A DNA stretch of 64,000 bases from Catajapyx aquilonaris. Lineage: Eukaryota. The stretch lies in assembly GCA_000934665.2 (NCBI GenBank), contig KZ538003.1, positions 62,001 through 126,000 of the forward strand, read 5' to 3'. A program made the translations under genes and the position numbers. The notes below the pieces were generated by a model. It had not been told where the DNA came from, ran no database searches, and saw only the letters and a list, made by a program, of their open reading frames with translations. Below are positions 29,253 to 41,024 of the stretch, one piece after another (position 1 is the first letter of the stretch; each line of letters opens with the position of its first letter).

Positions 29253-32200
29253 AAGCGGCAGCAGTGGAGAGCCGAGGAGGTGCAGTAGCGGCGGTGGGTG
29301 GTGGGGCGAGTGGTACGGCGACACGAGACACCACCAGCGGCCTTGGTCCTCACGAGTGCGCCGGATGCGGAAAGAGAATCAATGACCGCTACTTGCTCAA
29401 GGCGCTGGACCTCTTCTGGCACGAAGACTGTCTCAAGTGCGGATGCTGCGACTGCCGTCTTGGAGAAGTCGGATCAACCCTCTACACCAAAGCCAATCTC
29501 ATCCTCTGCAAGCGAGATTACCTGAGGTATGGTCCATCAGATGAATGATCCCCAGGAGCAATAATTCCTAGCCTTTATTGACGGGAAGTTCAGGCAACTA
29601 AGGCCACACCTGTTGAAAATATATATATATAAAAAAAGAGCGGTGCAGATGGGTGCGAGATCGTAAATTCGCCCAAGGCTTACCACCCTACCGCCGCCCC
29701 CCTACGTGTGCGAAAATAAAACACGGGGGGCGAATTTCCCAGCGGGAGATAGGCGCCGGAAGGAAGTGAGTTCCGCCACCAGGCGAGGTGTCCCACATTG
29801 CAGATTTACACGGGCCGACATGGCAAACCGTGGGAGGCAGGGGGGGGAGGGGGTTAAAAAGGGGTGAGCTTTTACACCGCTAATTAAAGGTTAACATTCC
29901 CATGCAAAAGTCAATGTATGCTCTTTACACTTTGAAGTTTGGGAGTGCTTGGAGTTTTAGAGGGGAGGGGTTGATCAGGGGGGCAATGATACGGGGGGGG
30001 AAATCCCTGCTGAATCGAAAAAAAATGGATGCCAATACATGCTGAGGACTATTTTTATGCTTGGAACAAAAGAGGTTTTTCCTGGAGCGAAAGATGGCTT
30101 ATTAGAAAAGATGACGCGGTAAAACCTGCCTGCTCCTTATCCAACCGGAGCAGCTTGCCAGACATCCTCTTGAATAAATCCCAGACCAATTAACCTGTCG
30201 GTCCCTGTAAAAAAAAAATAAGAAGGGGGAAGGGGGGGGTTCCAAATAAATTTTTGGGGTGCTCCCTAGGAACGACTTGGCAAATATCACTTGGTAGCTG
30301 ATTATGACTTGACCTCTGCACATTTCTTTCTCGAGGGAAATTACCTTCTTTATCATCATGTATTATCATGCTCATGTTCCATCAAGTTGATCCTTACTGG
30401 TTGATTTGGGTAATGGCACGGGTTCCTCTCTCGCTCCTTTTCCTTCCCTCCCTCCCCTGCCTGCCCCTGTTATGAAAGTGGTCTTTTTAATTTGCTACTG
30501 TTTTACTTAATATAGCCCTGGGTGAATGTGGGAAGAAAAAGTTAATCAGGGCATTTCATTATGCAAAAAGGTTTCTCATTATTTCTCGAATGGGCCTGGG
30601 GCATTGGTCTATCGGGGGGGGGGGGGGTGGAGACTGCTGCTTTTGGGTGAGGAGGATGGATGGGGGGTGGGTGCAAAGAGAAAAGAAAGAGTCTTGGGCC
30701 AATAGACAAGCGAATCAACTCAGCTCTCTTGTCACATTTGGGTAATTGGTTCGTACCATGCTGGCAGGCCCGGGTCATGATCATTGGAGCGCTTGTTTGT
30801 CCGGATGACGAAGCGTTTGAAGGGTGTTCCGGATGAGCGAGTCTGGCACTAAGGTGCTTTCACTAACGGCGCTTTTAGGGGCAGGAAAATATTGCGGCTA
30901 ATACTTATTATTTGGAACACACCGCACTTGAATTTTCTGTGCAGGCCATTGGATGATACGTTGTCTTTCTTTCAGGTTATTCGGCACTACTGGCTATTGT
31001 TCTGCTTGCAACAAAGTAATCCCCGCATTCGAAATGGTGATGAGAGCGAAAAACAACGTCTACCATCTGGAATGCTTCGCCTGCCAGCAGTGCAACCACA
31101 GGTGAGTTTCACCCATCAATTCTATACAATCCAAAACCATGAATCAATTGTATTCCGACGTCCCCCCCCCCTCTCCCTTCCAAAAAGCACCTACCCCCGA
31201 AACGCACACAACTTGATTCAGTGCCCCGGCATATACACATGCATATGCATATGCACACACTGTAAACCTGGCTATTACACTCCTGCAAACAAGATCCAAT
31301 AGGGGGTCATTCTGTTAATAACATGCGCGTGTACAAATTCTAAATATTGCAACAATGAACATGGCATTATGTCGGCAAACAGCGAGTTTATGGATCCGCG
31401 CATTAGTAGGGGTGGGTCGANCCCCCCCCCACCCTCTCTACTACTACTCTGCTCTCTCACCCACCCACCCCACAAAATGTGATTGTGCTTTCACGCGGGT
31501 ACCATTGCAGGCTATAAGCTATTTTGATCTAAGTCTGATGGCTTTGGCCTGTCCCAGCCCCGGGGATGGGAATTAACGAGCTTCAGCACTCGCATGCATT
31601 GCCAATTTCACCTGCACAAAAGGTCGCCCGAGCTTTGTTTGGACGCCCAGGCCCTCTCTACGCCAGCCGACAACAATCGCGGCTCACATCCGGATGGGAG
31701 GGAGGCGGGGCAGAAGCCACATTGTTTCATCCAGGGTCCTCCCTTGCGATTTTTTTTTTTTCCAATGAATAACACGCTGGAATGCATGCAGATGTCATTG
31801 CCTGCCAGGGTTGGACACTGCCTGTGTCCCAAGCTGGCCATTGTGAAGCTGGGGATCACAAATTAGGATGAGAAGGCTCTATTTGACGATAAATATGGGT
31901 CATTAACGCTTACTCGGTGTGTACTGCGCAGTACACGTGCGCAGTGGGCAGTACACATGCGCAGTAAGCATGCGACGCAGTATGGATGCGCATAAAGTGT
32001 ATGACTGGCATATTGACAGTGGTTGATTTCTAAACTGACCTTTTATCTTCCAGGTTCTGCGTGGGGGACCGGTTCTACCTGTGCGACAACAAAATCCTCT
32101 GTGAATACGACTATGAAGAGCGAATGGTGTTTGCCAACATGGCGTACAATCCGAGCAGCCTTGCACACATACGAAGGCAAGTCAGTAATTTGCAGGTATG

Positions 32201-33937
32201 CCATAGGTAACTAGATAGACGCAACTTAACAGAAGGCGGCAGATAGGCTCTGAATCGGTGACCTCAGCCTGAAAGGAAAAAGTGAAGGGCAAAAAAAAAA
32301 ACACTCTGACCTCAAGCAGCTCCCTTGACAAATCTTTGCGATACTCGTGGCAGCTCCTAACATTCAAGTCAGAATGAAATGTCAACAATGGTATAACAAG
32401 CGAAATGTCACAATGTGTTGACATTTTCGATTTTTGCCTCGATTCCTTCTGAGAAGGCTAATGAGATCCTGGGAAATCGGTTAGGCCTTTTCTCTCTCTA
32501 TCTCTTTTTCTCCATCCTGTTAACCCAAAAACCTATCCGCAACCCCCCTACCCCACCCCTGCAGATTTAATGCCGCGCATGCAGATTGGAGCTTCCGGGG
32601 AGTGGGAGACTTTGCCGGATAGGTCAACACCCTGGGGCCTTATATCATAAGAAGAGCCAATTAACCAGGCATTGTTTTTGCTTCCTCCCCACCTCCCCAC
32701 CTTATCCCCGCACCCTTCAACCTAAATATCATCCAACTGTCCCCAAATTCATCTTTACACATTAAGACTTCGCATTTATTTATTTATTTTTCTGTTTAAA
32801 TTGGCGAGTGTGGGCTACCTTTTACATTCCCTAGAGAGTCATTGGTGGTCAATCACCAGGTTGGGCAGCGAGCGGACTTTTGTTAACCGGCGCGTGGTTA
32901 ACGTGGGCTCTAAACCTGCCTGCAAGAGTGATCGCCCTTTGCTTTTGGGCCCCTTTCGAATAGCTCAAGTAGAAGGTTGCGAAAACATGGCTGTTTGGCC
33001 AGTCTCGAAGGACCCACAGGGAGGAAAAGAAAAAAGGAAAGAGAGAGAGAGAGGGAAATTGCGCAGACATTGAGATACGGTTTTCACCCATTCGGAATAG
33101 CGGAGGATGTTGCAGAGGTGTAGAATTTTAAACTCGGGCGTTTACTTGCACTCTATCGGATAAGATGCTAACCGGTCGTTTTTAATATCCTGGATATTGA
33201 GACAAATGAGGCCACTAAGCAACGAAGCAGAAAGGAAAGAATATGGAAGAACCCCTAGAAAATCCGCACCAACACGGAAGACTTCAGTTGCATGAAGTGT
33301 ATAAGTTGTGGTGTACTGTGTCCATAGGTTTATGGGTTGGTAACAGGTATGTATTTTCCTTTTGACATTAGAGTGAGAAGCAATGAGAACGAACTGGGAT
33401 GGGAACTGTGCAGCACAAAATGAGTTTAGAAAATAACATTTCAATGGAAAGTAGCAGTTAAGGACAATGATATATAATTTTGTCAGTCGTAGAATAAAAA
33501 TGTGATTTTGCATTATTTTAATTTTCTGAAGAATAACAATGGTTGCGTTATTTCATAGGCTACCTAAATAGTGTGTAATATGTGTAGATGATTAGCCATA
33601 TAATATAATTGTAGACATTCAATGTACCAACACTGCATGACTAACCGGACAATTGATGTGATTCCAGCCAGGAGACGGGGTCCCAAGCGTCAAGACCTGC
33701 CCCGACGCCCCAGCCCTCAGCAACCTAACTTGTATGGCTCAGGGCAACTTCTTGGCTCCCGGAAGAGTAGTGCACCAGCAGCACCAGCAGGCCAGCACCA
33801 CAACCACCACCAAGCAACATGCACCAGGCGCCGTCACCAACACCACCAACACCACAATGCTGGCAAATGGATCCGCAAATGACGACGCCTCAAGCGGATA
33901 CGGAAGCCCGGACTCAGACATTTTTGAGGGACAGTAA
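29253..33937 (+). CDS. Bx: LIM domain only protein (Beadex/dLMO, rhombotin LMO1/LMO3 class); 5'-partial
   Basis: Exons 29253-29526, 30976-31101, 32054-32195, 33668-33937, with GT-AG introns and matching phases. Translation: LIM1 [57 protein letters not shown], then [68 protein letters not shown], then a low-complexity tail ending [18 protein letters not shown]. There is no ATG before LIM1, so an upstream exon is required. The last exon is less certain than the LIM exons. Confidence 0.95.
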
Positions 33938-35850
33938 AAATAAATTTGTTTTTAAACAAAAAAATAATTTATCCGGGACATATACACACACGCGAGTGCA
34001 ACTCTTCTCTCCCCATACTTACAACCACACGCCCTGTTGTCCTCACCATAAATATGTTTATATTTTAGGTTTCTCGTACTTTCAAACATGTGTCTCATCC
34101 TAATTTTTTTAAAATTCCGGTCCTGCCCCACTCTACAAAAAAAGTGTGTCGTACAATTTATCGGCGGGACATGCAAAGACCATGCACGTATACATGAGAT
34201 GAACGTGAGTGTATATCCGCAGCTCAGAGTTGTGCAGATGAATAGAACTCGCAGCCTAGTCATTTCGCCAAATGTATGGACTTCTACATTTCCATTGTCA
34301 GTGTCAACCCCTACCTGTCCTTCATAAATTTTTTTTGAGAACTCGAATATTTTTAGTGACACAAAGGATGTTTACACAGGATTGAGAAAATTAGATATGG
34401 TTTAGTTGCCAGGTAATGTTGCCAATTCATATGCACAAGATTGCATTGTGTTTCTGAATTGGCAAAACTGTCCGTAGCAACCAAATTGGACCAAATCTAG
34501 TAGTTTCATCAGTGCCGTATGGACATCCCAGCAGTTTCTTGGTTGTAGGTCCAACCGTGCAAATCCTTGGTTTCTGGATGAACCCATTCACAAAGCAGCA
34601 GACATTGAGAGACAATAATATTTTGGCTGAAAAAAAACAAACAAAATAAAACACACCTGCTCTGATTGGTTTAGCGCGTGAGTCAGTGACGCAATGAAAT
34701 TCATCATTAATTTTGTGGACATCACAAATTTTTATGATTTGTCCTCTGGATATACATTGGGAATTGTGATATTGCAATGTACAGTACTCGTGCCTTCCTT
34801 CCACTGACGCCAAAAAAATGTGTAATTACTGGAACAACAAGGATAAAACCATCTGAACGTTCTCAGTGTCTAGAGCCATTCGTTGCAATCTAGAGCAATT
34901 CCTACGCTTTGGCGTATTTTTTAGGACAGACTGAATCCGGAGAATTAAAAATAAGACCTCAATGTTATAGTGATGTACTATATGCAATTTGATGAGTAGA
35001 GAGGCCAGTCATACCGGTACGTCGGGGCTACAAATTTGTGTTGGAAATAACTCTGCAGCAACAAAACTAAACTGCCACGGAGCAACGTACTGAAACTTTG
35101 TATACGATAAACATTCATTTTGTTCATTAAAATAAATGCAGAGGTGCAGTTTGGGGCCAAAGAATTTAGGGGTAAAAAAAATGAATAAAAAGTCAAGTTT
35201 TTGATTCCTACGCTTGCACTTGATTGGCTTGGGTGGACTTATTCTGCTGCAGAGAAAGCTTGGTGGGGAAAAATGGAGAGGCATTGTTGCTGTAACAATA
35301 TGCTTGGCCTGTAGCAGCTCGTGTTGTGCGAATGGTTAAATAATGAGGAAGATATGACCAGAGGTTTGCATGGATCAACATATCTGATGCTGAAGATACC
35401 TGAGTTGAGTTGTCTCTCCAACGTTTCTTTTTTCCCCCCCCAAATAAAGTCTGTTTTTTTTGTAAATGTAAAGCAACAATATTCATTATTCTGTACCATA
35501 ATGTGTAACTAGTCTCAAGTAGTTACCCCCAATGTCTGTTTGTCAACATTCAATTCCAGAATGTCAAGAACTATGTAAATATGTTGCCTGAAATCTAATG
35601 AATGTTGTATTTGTTACACTTTATGGTAGTGTTTTATTTCGTTCACTTATTTCGGTTACGATTAAGAGGCACGTGGACAGATTTTAAAACAACATTAATT
35701 TTAAGATTACATGATTGTGATCATGCACAGAAGTGTGGAGTAAAAGAAGCTGAGGCAGTGGAAGATTGCTTAGAGATTTCTTTTGATTCCAGTGTGATAT
35801 TGACTCTTGGAAGTGTACATTCCATACCATTACATAGACGCATCAGTCAT
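33938..35850 (+). promoter_or_regulatory. Probable long 3' UTR of the LMO gene
   Basis: AT-rich, no credible ORF, follows the stop codon; AATAAA at 35131, 35184, 35443. Sequence from ~35920 is homologous to takeout upstream flanks, which bounds it. True end unknown. Confidence 0.5.
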
Positions 35851-36108
35851 TACGCCATGTAAATGGTGGGAAGGTTTCCTGCTAATGGAAGTAGATGTTA
35901 TTACTTGAAGTATTAATTTTTATTGCTGTAACTTTTATTATGAGGAACATATAATGATTTCCTTGATTGGAGAAGTATTTGTAACTGTTATTATTTGCGT
36001 ATTACTCGTTGTTAAAAAGTAATGAAATGGCAGAGACATATTTTTATCGTGTTTGCCTCTATTAAATCTCAATTTAGAGTCTCCTGTGGTATTATTGATA
36101 CAGCAGTG

Positions 36109-36338
36109 CAGTGGTTTTCAACATTTTACCAACTGTGACCACCTAACCACGTTTCCATAAATGTGCGCCCCCCCCCCATCCCCCGGCCCCTACTACAACT
36201 GCCCCTTTTCCAGAAAACATACACTCTATACGGTTGCAAAAATGGTTCAATTGACACAGAAATTGCACAAAAAAATGTTGAACCAAGGCTAACGACCCCC
36301 CTCGACCCTGTCCGCGACCCACCGGTTGGAAACCACTG
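36109..36338 (-). mobile_element. hAT (Charlie-like) MITE
   Basis: TIRs CAGTGGTTTTCAAC / GTTGGAAACCACTG; 8-bp TSD CAGCAGTG (36101-36108) / CAGTAGTG (36339-36346); empty site TACAGCAGTG near 45080; inverted copy of 48393-48612 (strand is relative). Confidence 0.9.
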
Positions 36339-36701
36339 CAGTAGTGCATTGTAAGAGTTGGTGATTGAACATGGAGAGAATCTTCCCATGTGAGAACATC
36401 ATCTTGGTGATGAGGGGATCGAAACCTGGATCTCAGAGGATGAATACTGTGGTTTCAACACCATGTCAACTATTTCTTTAATTTCAAAAAAACTAACAAT
36501 GTAATGCAATCAGTTGAGGCAGGAAAGTTTTACTGACATTTGATTGTAAGATGCTAATACTTTCCCAACTCATAAGGTTGCTTTACCGATGAATACCCAC
36601 AATAAGGAAATCCATCTTCCTGGTTGATGCAATGCAATACATGTAGTACATACCATTTTCGCTTAAAATGCATCCATATCTTGGGGAATGCTGATCTAAT
36701 C

Positions 36702-38436
36702 ATGAAGCCTATCTTTGTTGTACTCTACTGTGCTGTAATACACGCCTCAGCCATTACTCTAGGTGAGTGTAAGTGCAACAATCAGGAGAGGCACTGCCAA
36801 TAATGTCCCCAGCACATTAGAAAACTAGTGGATTCAATATTGTTCACATGGAACACTAATAATAATATTTCCTTTCTTTTACCTGGTTACTTGGCTAAAT
36901 TATCCAGAATATTTCTCCTACCCATTGGATCTCTAACCTGTCATTTTGGCAGTGTACCAACCTGCATAAGGTGGTGTATGCAGTTATTTTTAAAAGAGAC
37001 TCAAAATTTCGACACCTTTGCCTCATAAAAATGATGTCACTACTTGGCAGACGACGCATACACACGATGCAAAGGAGTGTCACGAGATGAGCTGGAGCCC
37101 TGCATCATTCAGCTGGTTAATGATCTGAGTCCCCTGATCATAGAAGGCAAGTTGTCACGTCAACACCAACATTCTATCTAATACTAGCGCCCATTTATAC
37201 CTTACACGGAACAGGTATTTCCGAATTGGAATTGCAACCTGAGACATGCAATTTTGACAACATGGACTTCGAATATGAAGAAGGAATCAATCACTTGACG
37301 GCACATTACTATGGTGGAAAGTTTCGAGGAATGGAGGAATTTCGACTGACTCATCTTAAGTAAGTTGGCACGTACGTCGCACACTCGAAATTCATAATAC
37401 TCTACATTATGCTCGCTGCGGCAAATTGGTTATTTCACATTCTTCCGCCTCGGAAATCTTGTGTTCCATTCCCGGATCACATGGAGGATCTACCCAAGAG
37501 GAAGGATCTCGTGGGCTTGCTTACCACTGAATTGTCCTCACAATAAACTCAAATAAACCAAAGCAATAATTACTACTGTTTCCATTTGATACCAGGATTG
37601 ACTACGACAACAAACTAGCCGTTTGGTCGGCCTTGTTTCCCGAGGTGGTGACCATGGGCACCTACTACATGGATGCAAATGTTTTGGGATTTCCTCTATA
37701 TGGCAATGGAACACATTGGTATCGCTGGGGTAAGCCTCGTCTCGTGATTGTCACCCGCGACTAGTATAATATTTATACAAACACTGAATTATTACCAATA
37801 AACGTAATGTCAACTATAGAAAGATTCCACTTGTATGGAGTGTCTCATCTGGCAGTGGAAGAGATCAACGGGGAGTTACATCTTCAGGAGAAGGACACTG
37901 AACTCACGTTCAGCTACGGCAAAGCTGCAATGCGGTTGAACAATTTGTACGGCGGAGATCCCATCTTACGTAAGTCTTGATCATTAATAGAGTGGAACGC
38001 CCTGAGGTCCTGAGTTTGATCCCCGTTCGGGAAGAATTTTCACGCCTGGAAATAATTATCTCAAGAGGTTCATTCCACGTTCCCGTGGGTATCCCTGGAG
38101 TACTTCAGGTCCTGCAACTGCCTAATAATATAATATTCCCACATCCTACCCCATTATACCAATTCCTCATGGCCTTATTAGTTGACTTGACTCCAATTTT
38201 CCCAATAAACCAAACCAGCAATCGTGAGACGTTCTAACAAGGATGATGTTTCAGAGCAAGGTGCTTCGGCCTTCCTGGACATGAATGTGGACGCTTTCAT
38301 GGACGAAATGCGACCAGAGGGCAAGAAGAAGTTCCGACCATTAACCGGGAACCACGTGAACAAAGCCCTGGCCAAGATCAAGCTGGATGACCTGGCCGGA
38401 AGCGAATTCATCAAGGAAGCATTTGGGATCAATTAA
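36702..38436 (+). CDS. Takeout/juvenile hormone-binding protein (JHBP) superfamily secreted protein, copy 1 (255 aa)
   Basis: Exons 36702-36762, 37051-37146, 37215-37359, 37596-37729, 37820-37969, 38255-38436. Signal peptide MKPIFVVLYCAVIHASA; N-terminal C-x10-C; family-like motifs GISELEL, GTYYMDANVLGFPLYGNG, LNNLYGGDPIL; intron 2 is GC-AG; AATAAA at 38549. Confidence 0.88.
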
Positions 38437-39224
38437 TAGACTCCGTGTTTAGGCCTGGTTCTTAATACGAAAGCGATGACTCTTGTCGACCTTCATTTCC
38501 GATATTTTGTCTCAATCTGCTAATATTATTCGAGGTTCCAAAATGTTGAATAAATATGAAATTTTCAGATTCAACATGCAATTTAACTATAACGTAGTGC
38601 TATATTACAACACACTAATAGTTTATTGCGGATGATTTTTGGCGATTCCTTAATAATTATGTGCGATTCATTAATCTAAATTTTTAACGCGCATGTGTTA
38701 AACTTTTACTTAGTAGGATTCTCGTTATCTGTTGATTTCACTCATCCACTGTGGAGCTTGAAGCTCTTATTACCAGCGGATAACTGTGATTCACTGTGTC
38801 ACAGCAAAATAATGCCATCATTTACAATAGGTTATTTTTTCCTATATTCTGAAGCTAATAAAACAAGTTCTGCCTGCACTAACTACATTCTTCACTCAAG
38901 ATTAGCCCACTAAAGACAATCTGGGAGGAATAACAATGGTGAAAGTCATATTGGGGGTTCATCTTCCACGCCGTAGCTGACGAGTGCGGGTATAGTTGTG
39001 AATATACAGGGAGTGGGGTTGGAAAGCAAAAGAATACCGTATACCGTGTGCGACCGCGCAAAATGAAGGCATAAAAATGAATGACAACAATGGGACACGG
39101 CAGAATCCTTTAGTTTCTGCGTGCGGGGTAATGGCTTGTGACATGACCTTGCCCAAAATCCAATATTGTTTTCTGCGCACATTCGCAACGATTGGTACTG
39201 TACTATACCTACAATCGTGCCAGA

Positions 39225-39409
39225 AATGTGCGTGATAAAATTACATCATCCTCTATTACACTAAAAATTTTAAACGTATTTAAAAGTATCGCCGTCTATT
39301 CCATCCAGAAAGCGGGCTGGGTACTTATATAATTATTAGACCTACTAAAACAATACATTTAATAATTTTAGTGTATAATAGAGCACGGTGTAATTTTCTC
39401 ACGCACATT
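39225..39409. mobile_element. Degenerate inverted repeat / old MITE
   Basis: AATGTGCGTGATAAAATTACATCATCCTCTATTACACTAAAA (from 39225) pairs imperfectly with TTTTAGTGTATAATAGAGCACGGTGTAATTTTCTCACGCACATT (to 39409). Confidence 0.6.
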
Positions 39410-40484
39410 ATTTTCTGCCTTGCCATCGATACATTCGCGAAGTAATTCGGATGAGAAACGGCGGAGATAACAGAGGTGTGCAATTAACTTAATAGTTATG
39501 ATTACACCAATGGCGAGTGCTAAGTTTCAAATATATCATTAGGTAGACAAAGATTTGCACGCAAGGGGAATTTTTTGCTCTCCGAGAAGTGTCATCAAAA
39601 TTCATTTTGGGGCGTAACATCGCCAACTAGTCAAAAAATGGCCCTTTTCTGTGTTCTTCTAGCGATAAGAAATTACACAATGAAGATAGGTAATAAAAAT
39701 CCATTAAACAATTAATCGCATTAAGCAACTCGCGAGTATGTTACGTAGATTTAAACAAGCTTGCTAACGATGTATAACGTTATTTTTTGGACAATTTTCC
39801 TGGGAGTTATTTAGAGTCAAACATAGGGGCCAATATTTTTTTACACAAAATTGATGGTAGGTATCTCCCAATATGCAATAGAGAGAAGGAGAAAAGGGGG
39901 TGGTCCAAGTAGTTTAGTAGTGCGGTCAAGGCCTTGGCCAAACACCTGGGCTTACTTGATGGTAGGCGGAAATTCGACGGCCCATTGGAGGCCCCACCAG
40001 ACTGTGTGTGACCCTCTCCTTACAATCTTCCATTGCATCGTCAAAAGTATGTTAGTGTAGAAGTGTGTGTCAGCAATGCAGTCAAAAAGCACCGAGAGTG
40101 CCAAGAGAGCTGGCTGACGCCCACTGACCTCACCATTTATTTATTCTGCCTCGCTTCGTGTCCAACCACCAACCGTTGTTTGACCCATTGTTGCCCCCAA
40201 GGCCTCAACAATCAGGTGGGACTCAGGACTAGCATCACTTGGCAAGGACCGTGGACGGTGAAGTGTCTCCAGGTATTTACATAATTCATTCGCAAAACTA
40301 ATTGTAAGTGAACAATCCTACACTGCATGTGTGTGTGTGCACTCGGGGTTTGTTGGATGTCGGGACAGACATAGACATCGCCATTGTTGCCATTGTAATA
40401 TCTGTCACTCGCCTTTGTTTTGATTCGCAATCTATCATTGGACACGGAATGTGCTTTCCATGTTAAATATCAGTCGTAAACTTT

Positions 40485-40637
40485 GGTTGGTTGGTTGGTA
40501 GGAAGGGTTACCCAGCTTGTATGGCTCTGTCTGAGTCGAGCCTTGGCAGGGTCCAGAAGTTGTAACCAGATGATGAATTCTTGGTTCGGTTGAAGATAAG
40601 GTTTTGACTGCAGTATAATGAGTCGGCCTCGGAGTTG
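40485..40637 (-). mobile_element. 5'-truncated non-LTR retrotransposon fragment with (ACCA)n tail
   Basis: (TGGT)n tract at the left end; flanked by the direct repeat AACTTT (40479-40484, 40638-40643); more GC-rich than its flanks. Confidence 0.45.
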
Positions 40638-41024
40638 AACTTTTACTCTCACATGCATGTCATTATTCATTCACTCATTAAGGCAGTATTTTGTTCATTT
40701 CCTAGAAGATTACTGATTGTACAACATACTTCACGCTGTTCATTTCTATATTTCTTTTTTAAATTTCCATTACCACACACTTACAAGAACAATTTATTGA
40801 ATAATAAATTATTGTTCTGAATAATCTTGACATGATCTTTTACCATAACCAATAATAATTACAGAAGTTTGCAGTCCTTAAAATAATATGCAATTTTGAA
40901 GAGTCATGCACATTAGCCAAAACGGCCAAAACTGCTGTGTGTTTGCGAATTACTGTGTGCAGTCCATTAATTCCGGTTCCAGGCCCAATTACAGTGGTAT
41001 TGTTCGTCTAATTTCAGCAGCACC

